A stretch of 64,000 nt of DNA from Vermamoeba vermiformis (Eukaryota): assembly GCA_045837725.1 (NCBI GenBank), contig JBEWZL010000238.1, positions 62,001 through 126,000 on the forward strand. Direction: 5' to 3'. Both the position numbers and the translations under genes were made by a program. Positions 25,298 to 41,634 of this stretch are shown here, one piece after another. The notes beneath the pieces were generated by a model that saw only the letters and a list, made by a program, of their open reading frames with translations, had not been told where the DNA came from and searched no databases. How positions within the stretch are numbered: position 1 is the stretch's first letter; every line of letters begins with the position of its first letter.

Positions 25298-28200
25298 ATG
25301 AGAAGGTAGATCAACTTCGGCTGGCTTCAAACTGCATACTAATCTCATTTTATCGTACAGATACTTATTAAAATATCTGTTATTATTATTGGTGCCGTTT
25401 CTGGCTTTGTCGGAGGTGACACAACGATCGCAAAAAAACTTGACGAGCAACCAAATAATTCAATTTGGCGCTGAGCAGTTGCTGCCCTTCGATACCAAGT
25501 AATTTCAATTATATATGCCATCGATAGACTATTAATTGTGCATTCAGTACCACGGCAATTGTCACTTGCGTGGATGGCACGTTGAAAGCGATCGACATGG
25601 AGCGCGGCATGGTGCTGTGGTCGTACACTACTGGACCCCCGCTCTACACCTCATCGCACTACCCTATTATTCCGTCCATCGATGGCGAGCTCTATCTGTA
25701 CACCAATGACGGTGTCAAGAAGCACATCTGGAACTTGCGCGAGCTCGTGCAGAAATCTCCGTTCCACGTGCCCGGCCTGAGCGGGGAGCGGGACAATAGC
25801 GACAGCGAGGAGAAGGGCGGAATAATTTATCTCGGACAAAAAGAGTCGCAACTCTTCGCGCTGGAGCCGCGCACGGGACTGATGTGGAAGTGCGGCGACG
25901 ACGAGTTCGGCTGTGCCACCAGAGCACGTGATCATGCGCAGTCACGTGATCAGCACGTCACTTACATTGCGCGTGTCAACTACAAGGTGCAGGCTGTAGA
26001 TTTGCAGTCCGGCGAGGCCAAGTGGAATGTCAGCTACGCGGAATTTCGTTCTTGGAGCGATCAGAGCAGCGAGCACGTGACTGATGACGTGGCACCTGTC
26101 ACACTCATCAGCAGCGTTGATGGCACACTGCTCAAGCTTGACGACGTCACGGGTCGTGTCACGTGGCGCATAGAACTGAACTCGCCCGTCATTCACGTGC
26201 ACCAATCGGAAATTTCACCGAAATATCGTCTGCTGATGAAAGAACAGCGCGCCTTGACGCAACTGACAGCGAGTGAACAGGCGACACGTGTCTTCATCGC
26301 GCAGTCTGACGGCTATCTCTTCGCACTCGAGCCACTGGCATTGCCTAATTTGGACAATGGCGATGCTGTGGTGACCTCGCCCTGGCCGAGAATTGATGGC
26401 GCCGACACTGACGGCGCACTCGTTGTGATCTCCGATTTGACACCTGTCAACCAGTGTCCAAAGATCGATGGCAAGTGCGTGACAGGCATTCATTCACTGA
26501 ACACCGATCTCGATCTCGATCCATTCAGTCACGTGACTGGCAACAACACCACGCACTACAACGCATCACGTGATCCACCAGGGCCCTACAGACCACCCAT
26601 CCACCACGAGCCCGTCGCGCAGTCCAATACGCCCTGGTTGATCTTCGGCGCAATCTCCGCCCTGGCACTAATTGGCGCAGTGACCATGTGGCACGTACGC
26701 ACATTATTCCGCGCCAAGTCAGTGGCACCTGTCAAAGTGAAGCCCAGCCCAGCCAAGCCCAAGGCCAAAGCCAAATCGAGTAAAAACAAAGCCAAGAATG
26801 GCGCTGGAGATATTGCCAAAAAAGGAAATTCAGAGATCAGTCGACCCCCGCAGTCACGTGCCACCATGCACAACGACGGCACGATGGAGATCGGAGGACT
26901 GAAAATAACCACTACCATATTAGGCTATGGCAGCAGTGGCACTATTGTCTATTTAGGCTATTTCAACGGCCGCAAAGTCGCAGTGAAGCGGCTATTAATA
27001 GACTTCTTAGCGGACCACAGCTCCGAGCGACCACTGCGCGAGGTGGAAATGTTAATCAAATCTGGTAAGTATTGCCTTATTTGGAATCATGCAGCTGATT
27101 GCCTCATTTAGACGAACACCCGCACGTGATTCGCTACTACCACCACGAGGTTGACGGCGCATTTCTATATTTGGCACTGCAGTACTGTCCACTGTCGTTG
27201 CAGCAATTGATGGCTTTCATTCATGAACAAGAGCCCCTGGAAGAAAATCTCCCCGAGGAGATCGTGTCGTGGATTCCAAATATAGACAAACGTCAACTGC
27301 TGTACCAACTGACACTTGGCGTGCATTATTTGCACTCGCGTGGCATCGGTAAGTGACAGGCGTCAACATGTCAAAGTGTCAAATGTTGACCTCCAAGCAG
27401 TGCACCGAGATCTCAAGCCACAGAACGTGCTGATCGATGAACGACGTCACGTGAAGATCAGTGACATGGGCCTGGCCAAGCACGTGACTGGCACCACTTC
27501 GCACGGCTCAGTTGTCGCGCGACACAAAGCCAAAAAAGGAAGTGCTGAAGAGAGCGAGGGCCCTGTCGGAACAATAGGCTGGACTGCCCCCGAAGTGATC
27601 TCGCAGGTGGGAGATACAACGAGTCACGTGCCCGCGCAGTCGCTGGACGTGTGGTCGCTGGGCTGTCTGTTGAGCTGGGTGTGGACGGGCCAGCACCCCT
27701 TCGGACCTCGCTCCGATCGCGAGTGGCGCATTGTGCGAGGACAGCGCACTCCGCTCAACGACGCGCTGGCCGAGGACTTGTGCGCGCAAATGACGCACGC
27801 CGATCCAGCACGCAGACCTGACATTTTGTCGGTGTTGCGCCACCCGTTCTGGTGGAGTGCCAGCAAGTGTTTGCGCTTCTTGTCGGAGACCTCCGATCAC
27901 GTGGAGGCACTGCCCAGCACACACCCGCTCGTGGTGGCACTGCACGACGGTCAGAGTGGCGCGTTTGGTTCAGTGAACGACTGGTCGGAGGTGATCGATC
28001 AGGGTCTGATTCACGACTCTGGTCGCTATCGACGCTACAACACGGCGCTGCTGCGTGACTTGCTGCGCTTGATTCGCAACAAAGCCCATCACTACCGCGG
28101 TGAGTACTAGCGCGAGAGGTGATTGAGTGATGCTAATGTCTGCTCTAGATCTCGATGTGGATTTGCAACGCAAGCTCGGAGCTCTGCCCGATGGTTTCCT

Positions 28201-28336
28201 CGGCTACTTCTTGTGGCGCTTTCCTAATTTGGTATTGTACCTGTACGAGTTCACCAAGACACACTGCAGCGCGGATCCAGTGCTCAAGTGTTACTTTGAC
28301 TTTGATCCGCTGCAACACCACAACACACCGCTCTGA
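25298..28336 (+). CDS. IRE1: IRE1 ER-stress sensor kinase/endoribonuclease
   Basis: Signal peptide, luminal PQQ-like domain (IIPSIDGELY, LVQKSP), TM helix, kinase (GYGSSGT, VAVKR, HRDLKPQN, SDMG), KEN domain (DLLRLIRNKAHHYR, GFLGYFLWRFPNL). Confidence 0.95.
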
Positions 28337-29004
28337 GTACTGTCGCAATTCACTGAAAATGGAGTGCTGTCACGTGCTTGCATCTGTAAATAATTGTTGC
28401 CTTATTTGGTAACGCATCAAATTTGTACATAAACGTCTGTTAATAGTCGCCAAGAATTTATTTACAGCTTGATATTAATATAACACATTGCATACAGAAG
28501 AGGCTACAAACAAGTCAAAAAACATTCAGCCCCACATCTATTATTTTTCTTTTTTTTTTTGCTGCGTGACATCAGCCACCGTCATCTGAAGTGAAGTTGA
28601 ATGTTATTAACTCGGTTGTAGTTGAATTATGATTATTATTAATTCAATCACGTATCATCTATAATAATAATTTCATTAAAATCAAATTTCATCAAACAAG
28701 GGAAGTGTTGTTATTCAGCGCGTATTGTCACTCGTTATATAAAAGACTATTACATTGTTGGTTATTTTGCCGTTACCCACCATCCCAGGAGTACAAGAAG
28801 AATGGCTTGTTGTTGTCGCCCAGTCGACGCATCAGATCTGACAAAATAGTTGTTCTGTTTCGTCTGCGGTAAATAATTAGGTTAAATTATGCACTAAGTA
28901 GCATTGTTGTTACAATCACTGCGGTCTTAAATGAGTCGTCAGAATTGCAAGCTCGAACCGAACAATAAAATAAAAATATCTAAAAAAGCTCAAAAAATTA
29001 CAAA

Positions 29005-29238
29005 TTAATCGCCATTAATTACATACGATGTGTTGTCACTCGAAGAAATAACGCTCTTCGTGCCAGCATTGTTTGTAACAACAATAAGGGCCGATGAGGT
29101 CTGTTGAGGAGCACTGCGGCTCTTATTCTTCTGCGCGCCAAAGAACGAGCTGGATGCAGTTTTGTTTTTCACTGAATGACGCGCACTGCTGCGTGCTACT
29201 CCGCGCAGCGTGGTTTTGATGATTGTTTGGTAGCTCAT
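29005..29238 (-). CDS. Small orphan ORF (77 aa), basic Ser/Thr-rich, resembling a mitochondrial presequence
   Basis: MSYQTIIKTTLRGVARSSARHSVKNK...YVINGD*; occupies an otherwise empty gap; no recognisable homology. Confidence 0.4.
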   Translation of the reverse strand: MSYQTIIKTTLRGVARSSARHSVKNKTASSSFFGAQKNKSRSAPQQTSSALIVVTNNAGTKSVISSSDNTSYVINGD

Positions 29239-29433
29239 GGTGAATCTACTGCTACTAATTGGCACCAATGCAAATACGCGCGGTGCAGTGCTTACAAGTA
29301 GTAAGTATAATAATAATAAGTGCCTTGACATTACCGCGCTATTTTGTTTTTCAAATTTCCTCCCTATTCTAATCAGGGAGGCAATTCATGACACGGTGTT
29401 GTACTGGCAGAGCGCTGTTTATTAACACTAACA

Positions 29434-31642
<2,209 letters not shown>

Positions 31643-31945
31643 TCTTAACAGCCTAGACTATTAAATAAATATATATATACAGCTGTGGCTGTCTATCAAA
31701 TAGCGCTCAATTTAAGCAAGGTGATGCGAGTTTTCTGTTCAAATTGAACGAGCGGCCCGCCGTGCACAAAGACAGTAAATTTAGGAACATGATATGATAC
31801 TGATAGGCAGAGGTATTTTGAGGGTATTTAATAATTAAATAAGGGTTAAAATATCACAGAGTTTCGAACGCAAAAAAATAGACTTTAGAGCTAGATCCAA
31901 CCAACCCTGCGGCTGGATGCAGGATTAAAATTGAGCTCCTTGCTC

Positions 31946-34900
31946 TTATTCGCTGGCTTCACCAGCGAGAATAGCGCGGTAAGAGAACGGCATAAACTTC
32001 TTGCCGTCACCCTTGTAGAACTTGTTCATGTACTCGACCCAGTGCAGACGCAAGGCGTGCAAGAAGGCAGAGAGCGACTCCATCGTCATGAGCACACCCA
32101 TGGTCACACCGAACCACACGGCAATACCGAACAGCGCGAGGTACCACTGCGACTTGATGGTGTTGATGAGCAACATGTCCCAAAACACCGTGGACAGCTC
32201 AGAGTGCGCGAGTGACAAGGCCCAGAGACGCAGGTACGAGGCAGTGTTGGACACGGCACCGAGCACGAACTCAATCGTCTCGATCAGTTGGTGAATCATG
32301 AACTCGCCAAAGTCAAACTCTTCGTCGCCGTGACCGTGGCCGTGACCGCCACCCTCGCTGTGCGCGGGCTCTTTCTTGGTCTCGCGCTCACTGTGCGAGT
32401 CATCGCTGTGCTCGTCGTGCTTGTTGATGATCATGTCGTCGTCGCGCACAATCTCGTAGGCAGCCTTGCTCTTGTTGTGTCGGTAGCGCAACACGAGGGG
32501 CTTCACGAGCAACATGACGGGGATGGACACGAGCGCGAGCACCAACAGCACGAGTTGCGTGGTCTTCTGGCCCGGGAACAAGTTCTTGGAGGCACACTCG
32601 TCCGTGGGGGCCAAGAACATGTAGATCAACACGTTGAGCAGGGCAGGGGCGCATTGAGTGCCGGCAGGAGAGCAGCCAAACTTGCCCATGTCGGGAGCAC
32701 AAGTGTGATCGACGGGCTCGCCCGCACTCATCAAGTCGTACTGCATGTAGGGCACGAACCACTTGTAGAGAATGAGGAAGCAGAGGTAGCCGAAGATGGA
32801 GAGCATGAAGATGAGTTGCGGCACGAATTCAAAGGCCACATCCAAGTCAGAGCGGAAGTAGACGGCGTTCAAGAGCTTCATGAAGATACCGAGCACCATC
32901 TGCGTGACACCGAGCAGAATGGACATCTTCATCTTCAACGAGTTGTAGTAGCCCAATTCGTTCTCGGCACCCTGCAAACAAGTACCGTTAGTCAATCATA
33001 GTCGTCGTGGTGCATAAAAAAGAAATATAGTAATAATAAAATGGGTAATATTCAGGTTACTGTTTCCGTTTCATCGACGAGATCCGTGAAGATCCCGTCT
33101 AAAACAAGAGGTGTCAGAATTAAGTTAGCTTTCATCACTTAACCACGTGTGATTGCATCTAACACTAGACCTGCTGATATGCATACCTTCCAAACAGGGT
33201 CAACACCAAAGGGGTAAGTGCGGTTCATATCAATGAGGCGGAAGTGACGACCATCGCCCTCCGGATCTACCTCCCAGTTAGTGCCGAAGAGATTGAGCGG
33301 CACTGAGAGGAACTCGTTGTAGATGAGACCGACGTAGATGGAGAAGATACCCATCAACAGCAACATGTATCGACCACTGAACACCATGGCCACCATCTGA
33401 CACGTGTCAGTCGCAACTAAGACATCACGCATGACATTGTGCACGTACCTCGCTGAGGGGCTGCGACATGAATTCTTTTTCTTTGATGAGCAAGTAGAGC
33501 GCAAAGGCGAGCAAGATGAAGCCGTGACCGACATCACCGAACATGACCGCGAATAAGAAGGGGAAGGTGACCATGCTGAACACGGCAGGGTTCACTTCAC
33601 GATAGCGCGCAATACCATAGGCATCCACAATGTCTTGATAGACCGCGGTGAATTTGTTGGTCTTGAAGTAGGTGGGCGGGGTCTCTTTGGTGCGGATAAT
33701 GTTCAAAATAGACGGCACCAAGGCACCGCTGCGATCACGAGCACGGCGCAGCGCCAATTGCACCTCTTCAATGGAGCTCTTGGGACACCAGCCTTCAGCG
33801 ATCAAACACTTGCGGCCCAAGTCGTAGTTGAACAAGTTCATCGTGTGGTAGATCCACTTCTCTTTGGTCACTTTGTTGCGCCAGCTCTCCAAGTGCAGGG
33901 CAATGTTCGCCAACAACTGACGGCGGTGCTCTTGAGTGCGCGCCAAGACAATCTTCAAGTCATCGAGCTTCTGACGCACTTGTTGACCCAGATCACGTCT
34001 GCCAACAGATCAGCTGCGGTTCACTGACACCAAGACCAATGCGGCACTTACCTTTCTTGAGCAGTGTCAGGGCACGGGTGCAAGTGAGAGCCGAATGACT
34101 CGCAAATCTTCTTGATCTTAGTTTGCAATCGTTCACCCTGCAGCACACCACTGTCAGTCTACTGAAATTTCTCACGAACTTTCAACACGTGACAGCACAC
34201 GTGTCGTGCGTGCCACAACGTACCTGGAAGAAGATGATGAACACGTTCTTGAGCACTGGCTTGCCATCGTCCTTGAGGGGCTCTTCAATCTCGGCGTACT
34301 TCATGTACAAGTTACCGCGAGTGGCGCGGAACAACACGCGCTCAAACACGGAGAATTTGTCGCGCGGCACAACACCCGTCACAAAACCGAGCTTGACACC
34401 GCTGTAGGAAGAGGTCTGGACCACGGCCTCTTCGTCAGTGATCAGTGGGGCATCATCGCGCACTCCACGACCGCCTTTGCCGCCAAAGTTCTCAGCTGCA
34501 GCCTAATATAGTCGCGTCAGTATATTCAGTGAATTGGAGGCAATTAGAGCAAAGGCAAGCAAGAGACGATCTGATTTGCAGCTGAATTGACAGCAGACCA
34601 GTGGTGTCTCAAGCTAATTATGACGCCTATATAGTACAATGCACGTACCTCGGCAAAGAAGTTGCTGTCCTTCTCCAAGACGTATTTGAGCTCCACCATT
34701 TCGTTGTAAGATCGCTCCAAATTATCTTGGTTATTTCGGAACTGCTCGAGTTCTTTATCGAGTTCTTCGAACTTAGTCTATTTGTATTGATTTATTAGTA
34801 CTGTGGCACTACTTTAATATGAATTCTATCCACAAACAGCTTCCGTTCGGAAAATTATGGACAGTTCGGATTTGTTTTTTTAGCCGATACTTCAGAACTA

Positions 34901-35471
34901 AATTTGCTAATAATGAACCCCGTGTGTGCATATAATATTAATAATGCAACTAGTGATTTACGTAGAAGATAATAAAAATAACTGACGCATCGGATGGCAA
35001 AACGGTAAATCATCACGGACAGCTAATAATAATTGCAAATTAATAATTACCTCTAACTCGTCCAATTGGAGTTCAACAAGAGGTTCATCGCCTCGCTGAA
35101 TGAGGATGGGGGGAGAGTTGGTAGCTGCCCCGTCTGAGTTTGCTGTATCGATCTCAGTTGCAAAGTTTGTGAGTTTGCGAAGCATTTCATCTGATCGCTT
35201 AACTTCGTTGACAAAGTTTCTTTGGAAAGCATTTACTTGGCTGTTCAACTGTGGATGCAGATTAATTATTATAAATTAATTATACAAATTCGTAATAAAA
35301 GCAAAACACTCTGAATACCGCCAATTCGTAGTTAATAATATTGCTAATACATACGTCTCTAAATTGGATAAGACCTAATTGACCGAGCTCATCCACAGTG
35401 TCGTGGGCAGCCTCGATCTGTACAAAGAGCTGTACCAAGGTCATCTCTTCAGAACGGAATAGTTCTCCCAT
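31946..35471 (-). CDS. ATP6V0A: V-type ATPase V0 subunit a (Vph1/VatM)
   Basis: [68 protein letters not shown]. Confidence 0.97.
33045..33145 (-). ncRNA. Candidate intronic box C/D snoRNA
   Basis: In an enlarged V-ATPase intron, host-sense strand: box C GTGATGA (33138-33132), D' CTGA, C'-like GATGA, box D CTGA (33055-33052), short terminal stem. Confidence 0.55.
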
Positions 35472-35772
35472 TGTGCAGTATTGGTGTATTGAACTATTCC
35501 AACTGCGGTGCTCTAGTATTGAAATAACAAACAACAAACCACCCGTAACTTTCGTGATGATTTTCGTTCTGAGCGCTTTTTTACTCGACATCACCGACAA
35601 AAAATTTGACGGGCAAAATTCAACGGGCAAATATTTGACGCCCAAAACGCAGCTACCCACCCCGATTTTTGCTATTTCTCGCAACTTCTAGTTTGTTCTG
35701 GTATTTTTTGCAGATCGTGTAGCAACTTAAGCTTCTCCTAGCGTTAGTTCATTCACACACAAACAGATCAAC

Positions 35773-37687
35773 ATGGAAAAGTCAGTAGAAGACTTAATGA
35801 GAGAGCTCTCTCTTGCTCAAGAGAAGGCCGCTCAGGTACGTATTTATATTGCATAGTTAATGTAGTGCAATAAGCGACTCACACTTACTTAGCTTCAACA
35901 ACAAATTGAACGAAAGAAACAACAAGATGCTAGCAAAGTTGATCAATTAACGCTTAAACAACGCACTCAAATTAAGGATATTATTGGTAAGCATAAAGTC
36001 AATTATGGAACTCATTTAAGGATAATAGCGAATATTTCAGACGTAGATCGTTAACGAATTATTTATTTAATTTTTATTAAATTAACCCGACGTGGGTTTG
36101 CAATAAATATTATGACAAATTATTACAATTGAAAATAATAGCATAATATTACAAATTTTACGCAAGTGTCAAGCCTCTAAATTAATTCAAATCCAGGACG
36201 CCCAGATCAAGGAGAAGCTTTGATTGGCCAAACAGTACTCGTTGCTGGTTGGTGCCGATCGCTCCGATTGGCTGAAAAAGACACATTGGGCTTCATTCAG
36301 ATTACAGACGGCACCATCCACACTCCGCTCCAGATCGTCGCCAACCAAGGCTGCGGTGGCTGGGAGAACGTGCTCAACAAAATTGCCACTGGCTGCTCCG
36401 TGCAAATCACTGGTGAACTCGTGGCCAGTCCCGCCAAGGGTCAAAAGGTCGAACTCAAGGCCAAGGACGTCGTGTTGTTGGGCGAGTGTCCCGCGGATGT
36501 GTATCCCCTCGCCAAGAAGCACCACACTCTCGAATACTTGCGCACCATTGGTCACTTGCGCCCTCGTACCAACACTGTAAGTACACTAAGACTATGTGTG
36601 ACCTAGTCGATGCTGATGACGTTGTTAGATCGGCGCTGTTGCTCGCGTCAGAAACGCCTTAGCCATGGCAACGCACCAGTACTTCCAGTCCTTGAAGTAC
36701 CTCTATGTACACACGCCTATTATCACTGCCTCGGACTGCGAGGGTGCTGGTGAAATGTTCTCCGTCACCTCTCTCTTGTCTGACAAGGGCAAGCCTGTGA
36801 ACCCTCCCCTGACCAAGGACGGCAAGGTGGATTACAGCAAAGATTTCTTCAAGCGCCCTGCCTTCTTGACTGTCTCTGGTCAACTCAACGGTGAAATCTA
36901 CGCCTGTGCTTTGAGCAGCATTTACACTTTTGGCCCGACTTTCAGAGCCGAAGAGTCCGTGACCACTCGTCACTTGGCGGAGTTCTGGATGATTGAGCCG
37001 GAAATTGCCTTCGCAGACCTCGAAGAAGACATGGCCGTGGCTGAGGGATACATCAAGTACGTCTTGCGCTACGTGTTGGAGAACTGCGCGGAGGACATGG
37101 CATTCTTCGAAGACGCCGAGAAGCGTTTGATGAAGGACAGCAAAGAGAAGGACTACAAGTCTGAGCCCTTGCGCGAGCGATTGAAGGTCGTTGTCAACGA
37201 GCCCTTCGCGCGCATCACGTACACTGAAGCCGTGGACATCTTGCACAAGTCTGGCGTGGCATTCAAGGAGCCTTTGCCCAACTGGGGTGATGACTTGAAG
37301 AGCGAGCACGAGCGCTACATCGCTGAGAAGGTGTACAAGAAGCCCGTGATTGTGATCAACTACCCCAAGAAGTTGAAGGCCTTCTACATGCGCGTCAACG
37401 AGGACGGCAAGACAGTCGCTGCGATGGACATCTTGGTGCCGGGCGTGGGTGAAATCATCGGTGGCTCGCAACGTGAAGAGCGTCTCGATGTGTTGGAGAA
37501 GCGCATTCTCGAACAGGGCATGGAACTCGAGTCCTACAAGTGGTACTTGGACCTCAGACGTTACGGTACCGTCCCTCACGCTGGTTTCGGTCTCGGCTTT
37601 GAGCGATTGGTGTGCTACACGACTGGCATTGAGAACATTCGCGATGCCATTCCCTTCCCGCGCTACTTGCACCACGCTGATTTCTAA
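35773..37687 (+). CDS. asnS: Asparaginyl-tRNA synthetase (bacterial/organellar-type AsnS)
   Basis: [72 protein letters not shown]. Confidence 0.95.
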
Positions 37688-37805
37688 GCGTTAATAAACC
37701 TGATTGTATTCTCAGAATTTGAAGGCCTGCTTTGGTTCAGACAGGTTGCATTTCGTTATTAATCATAGGCTTTAGTTACGAAGGGCAATAGAAATACATG
37801 TTCGT

Positions 37806-40800
37806 CTACAGTTGTTTTACAGGCGCAGGACCAAACTTTTTCTTGGCTGGCGCAGGTGCTTTTTTGAGGGGCGCTTGATTGTTTGGCGGGAGTTTGGGCG
37901 ATGAGACTTTCGGGGGTACATTACTGTGCACTTTAAGGGGAGATTTGGGCACTGGAGTCGCGTTCACGTGGCTGTCAGCTGAAGTCACGTGCCGCAGGGT
38001 GGAAGAGCCAGGTGGCGCGGGTTTTTTCGGCAGACTGCTGCGCGTCACGAGTGCATGACCGAGTTTGACTGGCGGCAGCGAATCAGTGGCTTGTGGTGCC
38101 GTGGGAGGGGGCACCTGTCGCGGGGATATTTTGGGACTCACTGGCCGTTGCGGGGGGTGCTGTGGAGGGGCCTGACGAGTGGTGTGCGTGACATCTACTG
38201 ACACAGCAGTGGTGTGCGCCGTGACTGGCACAGGCTCAGTGGGGCCGGTAGTTGATGGCACTGTTGCGACAGACTCTGTGTGCGTGACGGAGGGAATTGA
38301 GTGCGCTTGAGCACTGGGCAGGGGAGTGGTCTCTGAAGGCGCATCGGCGACATCACTCGCCGACTCAGTGTCAGGGGTGGGTGTGACAGCATTGGTCTTG
38401 GAGGCGATGGACAGTGGTCGGGGTGAGGTGGGCGGGGGAGGTCGTGCGATGGTCTTCTGCGACTTGGTGCGCATGGGCACTGGCGGTGAAGTGATGTGTG
38501 TGGCAGTGACCGTGGTGGACTGGGGAGTGGTTGTAGGCCCCAGCGAGGACTGTTCTGCCGTGTTGGACGTACTGACATCGACAGTGTCGTGTGAAGCAGT
38601 GTCGAGTTGACTGTCTGACGGGGTTGATGGCACTGATTGCTCTATTTGCTCGACAGTCGTAGCAGTGGTTGACACTGATTGGTGAGATATTGAAGGCATA
38701 GGCACTTCTCTGGGCAGTGAAGCTCTGCGAATGGACGCAGACATGTCAGGTGCCGATTTGACACGTGTCACTTTGCTTGCTTTGCGCGGCACTGCGTCAT
38801 CAGTGGCACTGCGCGTGACATCAGTCGCTGCCGAGTTGTGCGCGAGGACTTTTTTCTTCAAATAGATCGGCATCGCTTGCGGCCACTCCTCCGAGGTCGA
38901 GGGCCCGTTGTATTTGATCGTCTCCATCATGCTGTAGTCCACCTCTTTGAAGTCGTCGTTGCTGCGAGTGGCACCTGGCATGCCAGAATTTCTAGCTGAT
39001 CGCGAGAGAATTCGATTCGCACCAGACAGCAAGAACTTGTCGCGTTCAGTGCGCTGTGGCTCGGTGACAGGTGTCAAGGGCGGGGAGGCAGGCACCACGA
39101 TGCGATTGTCATTGGCGGGCACGAAGAGCATGGAAGTGACGCGCTTGCCACTCTCTTTCAAGCGGTGACGCAAGAACGGGTCTTCAGGCTCAAGTGTCAC
39201 GTGATCGCGACTGACACTCGGTCTGCGCGGCGATGACACGGGACTCAGATCGACATCTATCGCTTCACTGAACAGATCGCTCTTGCGCGCCAACTCCAAG
39301 TAGTAGCTTGTTGGATGCACTTGCCTAAAATGGAAATGTCAATACCGAACACGACCAATAACATTTCCTTACATGGAAAGTCGAGCACCGAGCGGGGCGT
39401 GTTTGAGATTGTTGGCAGCGATGACAGGGTGAATGACGTCTTTGTGTTCTGGACCGAGCAAGAGCAGTTTGAACTTGGTCAGGTCGAGCAGACCATGTTC
39501 AGTCAGAATGCGCGTGACATCCAGTTTGATGGGCTCAAAAATTTGTGCAAACTCTAAGTACCGAGCGCGCTTAATCTCCCAATCGAGATCGAGCCGTTCA
39601 AAGATGATGGCGTACATATTCAACAGTCCCTCTTGTTGCAAGATCATCGGGTGCACTAGTCGCACATCTGGCTTGGGTGGTCCTGCGTGACCGGTGAGCT
39701 ATCAATAGAATATTACTATATTTGGCAATCACGTACCTTTGCGATCGATCTCGTTGAGTTGAAACACATCCACCGTGAGCAGTTGTGAGATGTGCAGACC
39801 AGCGACACAGAGCGGGTATTGGTACTCGAACGGCTTCAACTGCTGCACTTGCGCCTTGCGGAGGAAATTCTGCGAATAGGTTTGCGCGTAGAACAACAAG
39901 TGTTCGAGGCCCATGACACCAATCGAGCGCAGATCCGTGAGGGGATTTTTGTACTGAAAGCCGATCTCTTTCCACCGCTCGGACACCACGCCTTGGAATG
40001 CCTCGCCTGCAAAGCACGCGTGCCAGAGTCGCGTCAAGAGCTTCATGTGCTCGTCACGTGATTCGTCGAACTGCACGCCACGGTTCTTGGTCAAGCGGCG
40101 CAAATAATACGACTGAAATATTGCTATTTGACGGCGCAGTTCTGAACTTTCAATTTGTGTTTGTTTCTGCCAGCGAAATTAATTCTATTATTACCATTTA
40201 AGGAAATAATACCGCGTACCTCTAATATATACAAAATACCGATGGAGTCGCACAAAGTGTCCATAAATTCTTCGAGTTCAGTTGGTGGTGCCTTGGTGCT
40301 GGGCTCGGTGATGGTGACTACTATATTTGGAGTGGCGGAATTATTATTTCCATTGACAGCATTGGCACTAGTATTCCCGTCCTCCTTGTCAAAATTCAAT
40401 GCATTTAACATGTGATTGATAAATGTCAGGGTCGCTATTTGAATGCCAATGTCGCTGTTCACGAGCTGCGCAATGACACGTGTCAACAAGTGTCAAAATA
40501 AACAACTTGAGCTACTTACCAGCTGTACTATATGCGACCAATCAATTTGTTTCCTGCGACTAGAGAATGGTTAGCACAGGTTGGCGGAATAATTACCAAA
40601 TTAGGCAATACCTTCTGATGAACAGCAATGCTCCCTTCGCTTGATCCACGGTGAGGGGGTCAGTCATCAGGGCCAATATATTCAGCGCAGGTCTAACGAC
40701 ATTCAACTCGTTCATGAATATTGAATCGAGCAGTTTGTTCATTAATGTAGTGCGAATGAACGACAAATTGAAAATAGCGCGGATGTAGGACTCAAGTGCT

Positions 40801-41634
40801 CGCAGTGAATAGGCCAATAAATTGCCTGTAGCCTTCTCAATTACTTTGACTAACAACGGTACTCCATTTTGTATTCGAAATGTATCAGACCATGTGGCGT
40901 CCTGTCAGATCCGCCAATCAGTTTTAAATTGATTGCAATAAATTAAGTTAACGTGATCTCAATAGTATTGTTGTTGTATATTACCTTTAGCTTCTCCATC
41001 AATTCGAAAGCTGCTTTTTTTATTCTGTTCATGTTGCCGCTGTCCAGATCTGCCATGCTCTGAATAACTTCGCGCAGTGGGGGTATTTCGCGACATTTCT
41101 TAGGGCTCAATATTAAGTTAAATACGTCATTAGCTTTCGGAGGTTTCTTCTTCAATTCCTGCAAGATCCACAACGTTAATAAAAGTTTATGCGAGATTAC
41201 AAAAGAGATTACGGTAAATATAGTATCTATTAATATATTACATTATTAATGAATTTAATGCCAAGCACGAAATTATTAATTGTGCGCTTGTTGTTCAATT
41301 TGGAATTTTCAATGACGCATCCTCGCTTTTAGCTCAACTGTTAATATTGTAACATATACACTCGCTGTCAAAATTGATCATAATGAAGTTAAAATATAAT
41401 AATATAATTCAACTCAATAAAGCAAGATTACGATTTCAAATATTTTTGGATCTCACATACCATTGGTTGTACAATAGTGTTGGTGCCATCCATAGCGAGT
41501 ACATAATTGGTCGGTAAGCCAACACATTTTGCTGCGTCGCAGATCGCGAGCAGGTGTTTATCAAAGGTCTTGTCATCTAAACTGTATTCAAACTGTTTGT
41601 CCAAAACCTTGTATTTGATTATAATTGTAGTCAT
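37806..41634 (-). CDS. ELMO/CED-12 domain protein with N-terminal helical (ARM-like) region and long Pro/Ser/Thr-rich tail
   Basis: SERWKEIGFQYKNPLTDLRSIGVMGLEHL, YQYPLCVAGLHISQLL (ELMO domain); multi-exon. Confidence 0.85.
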
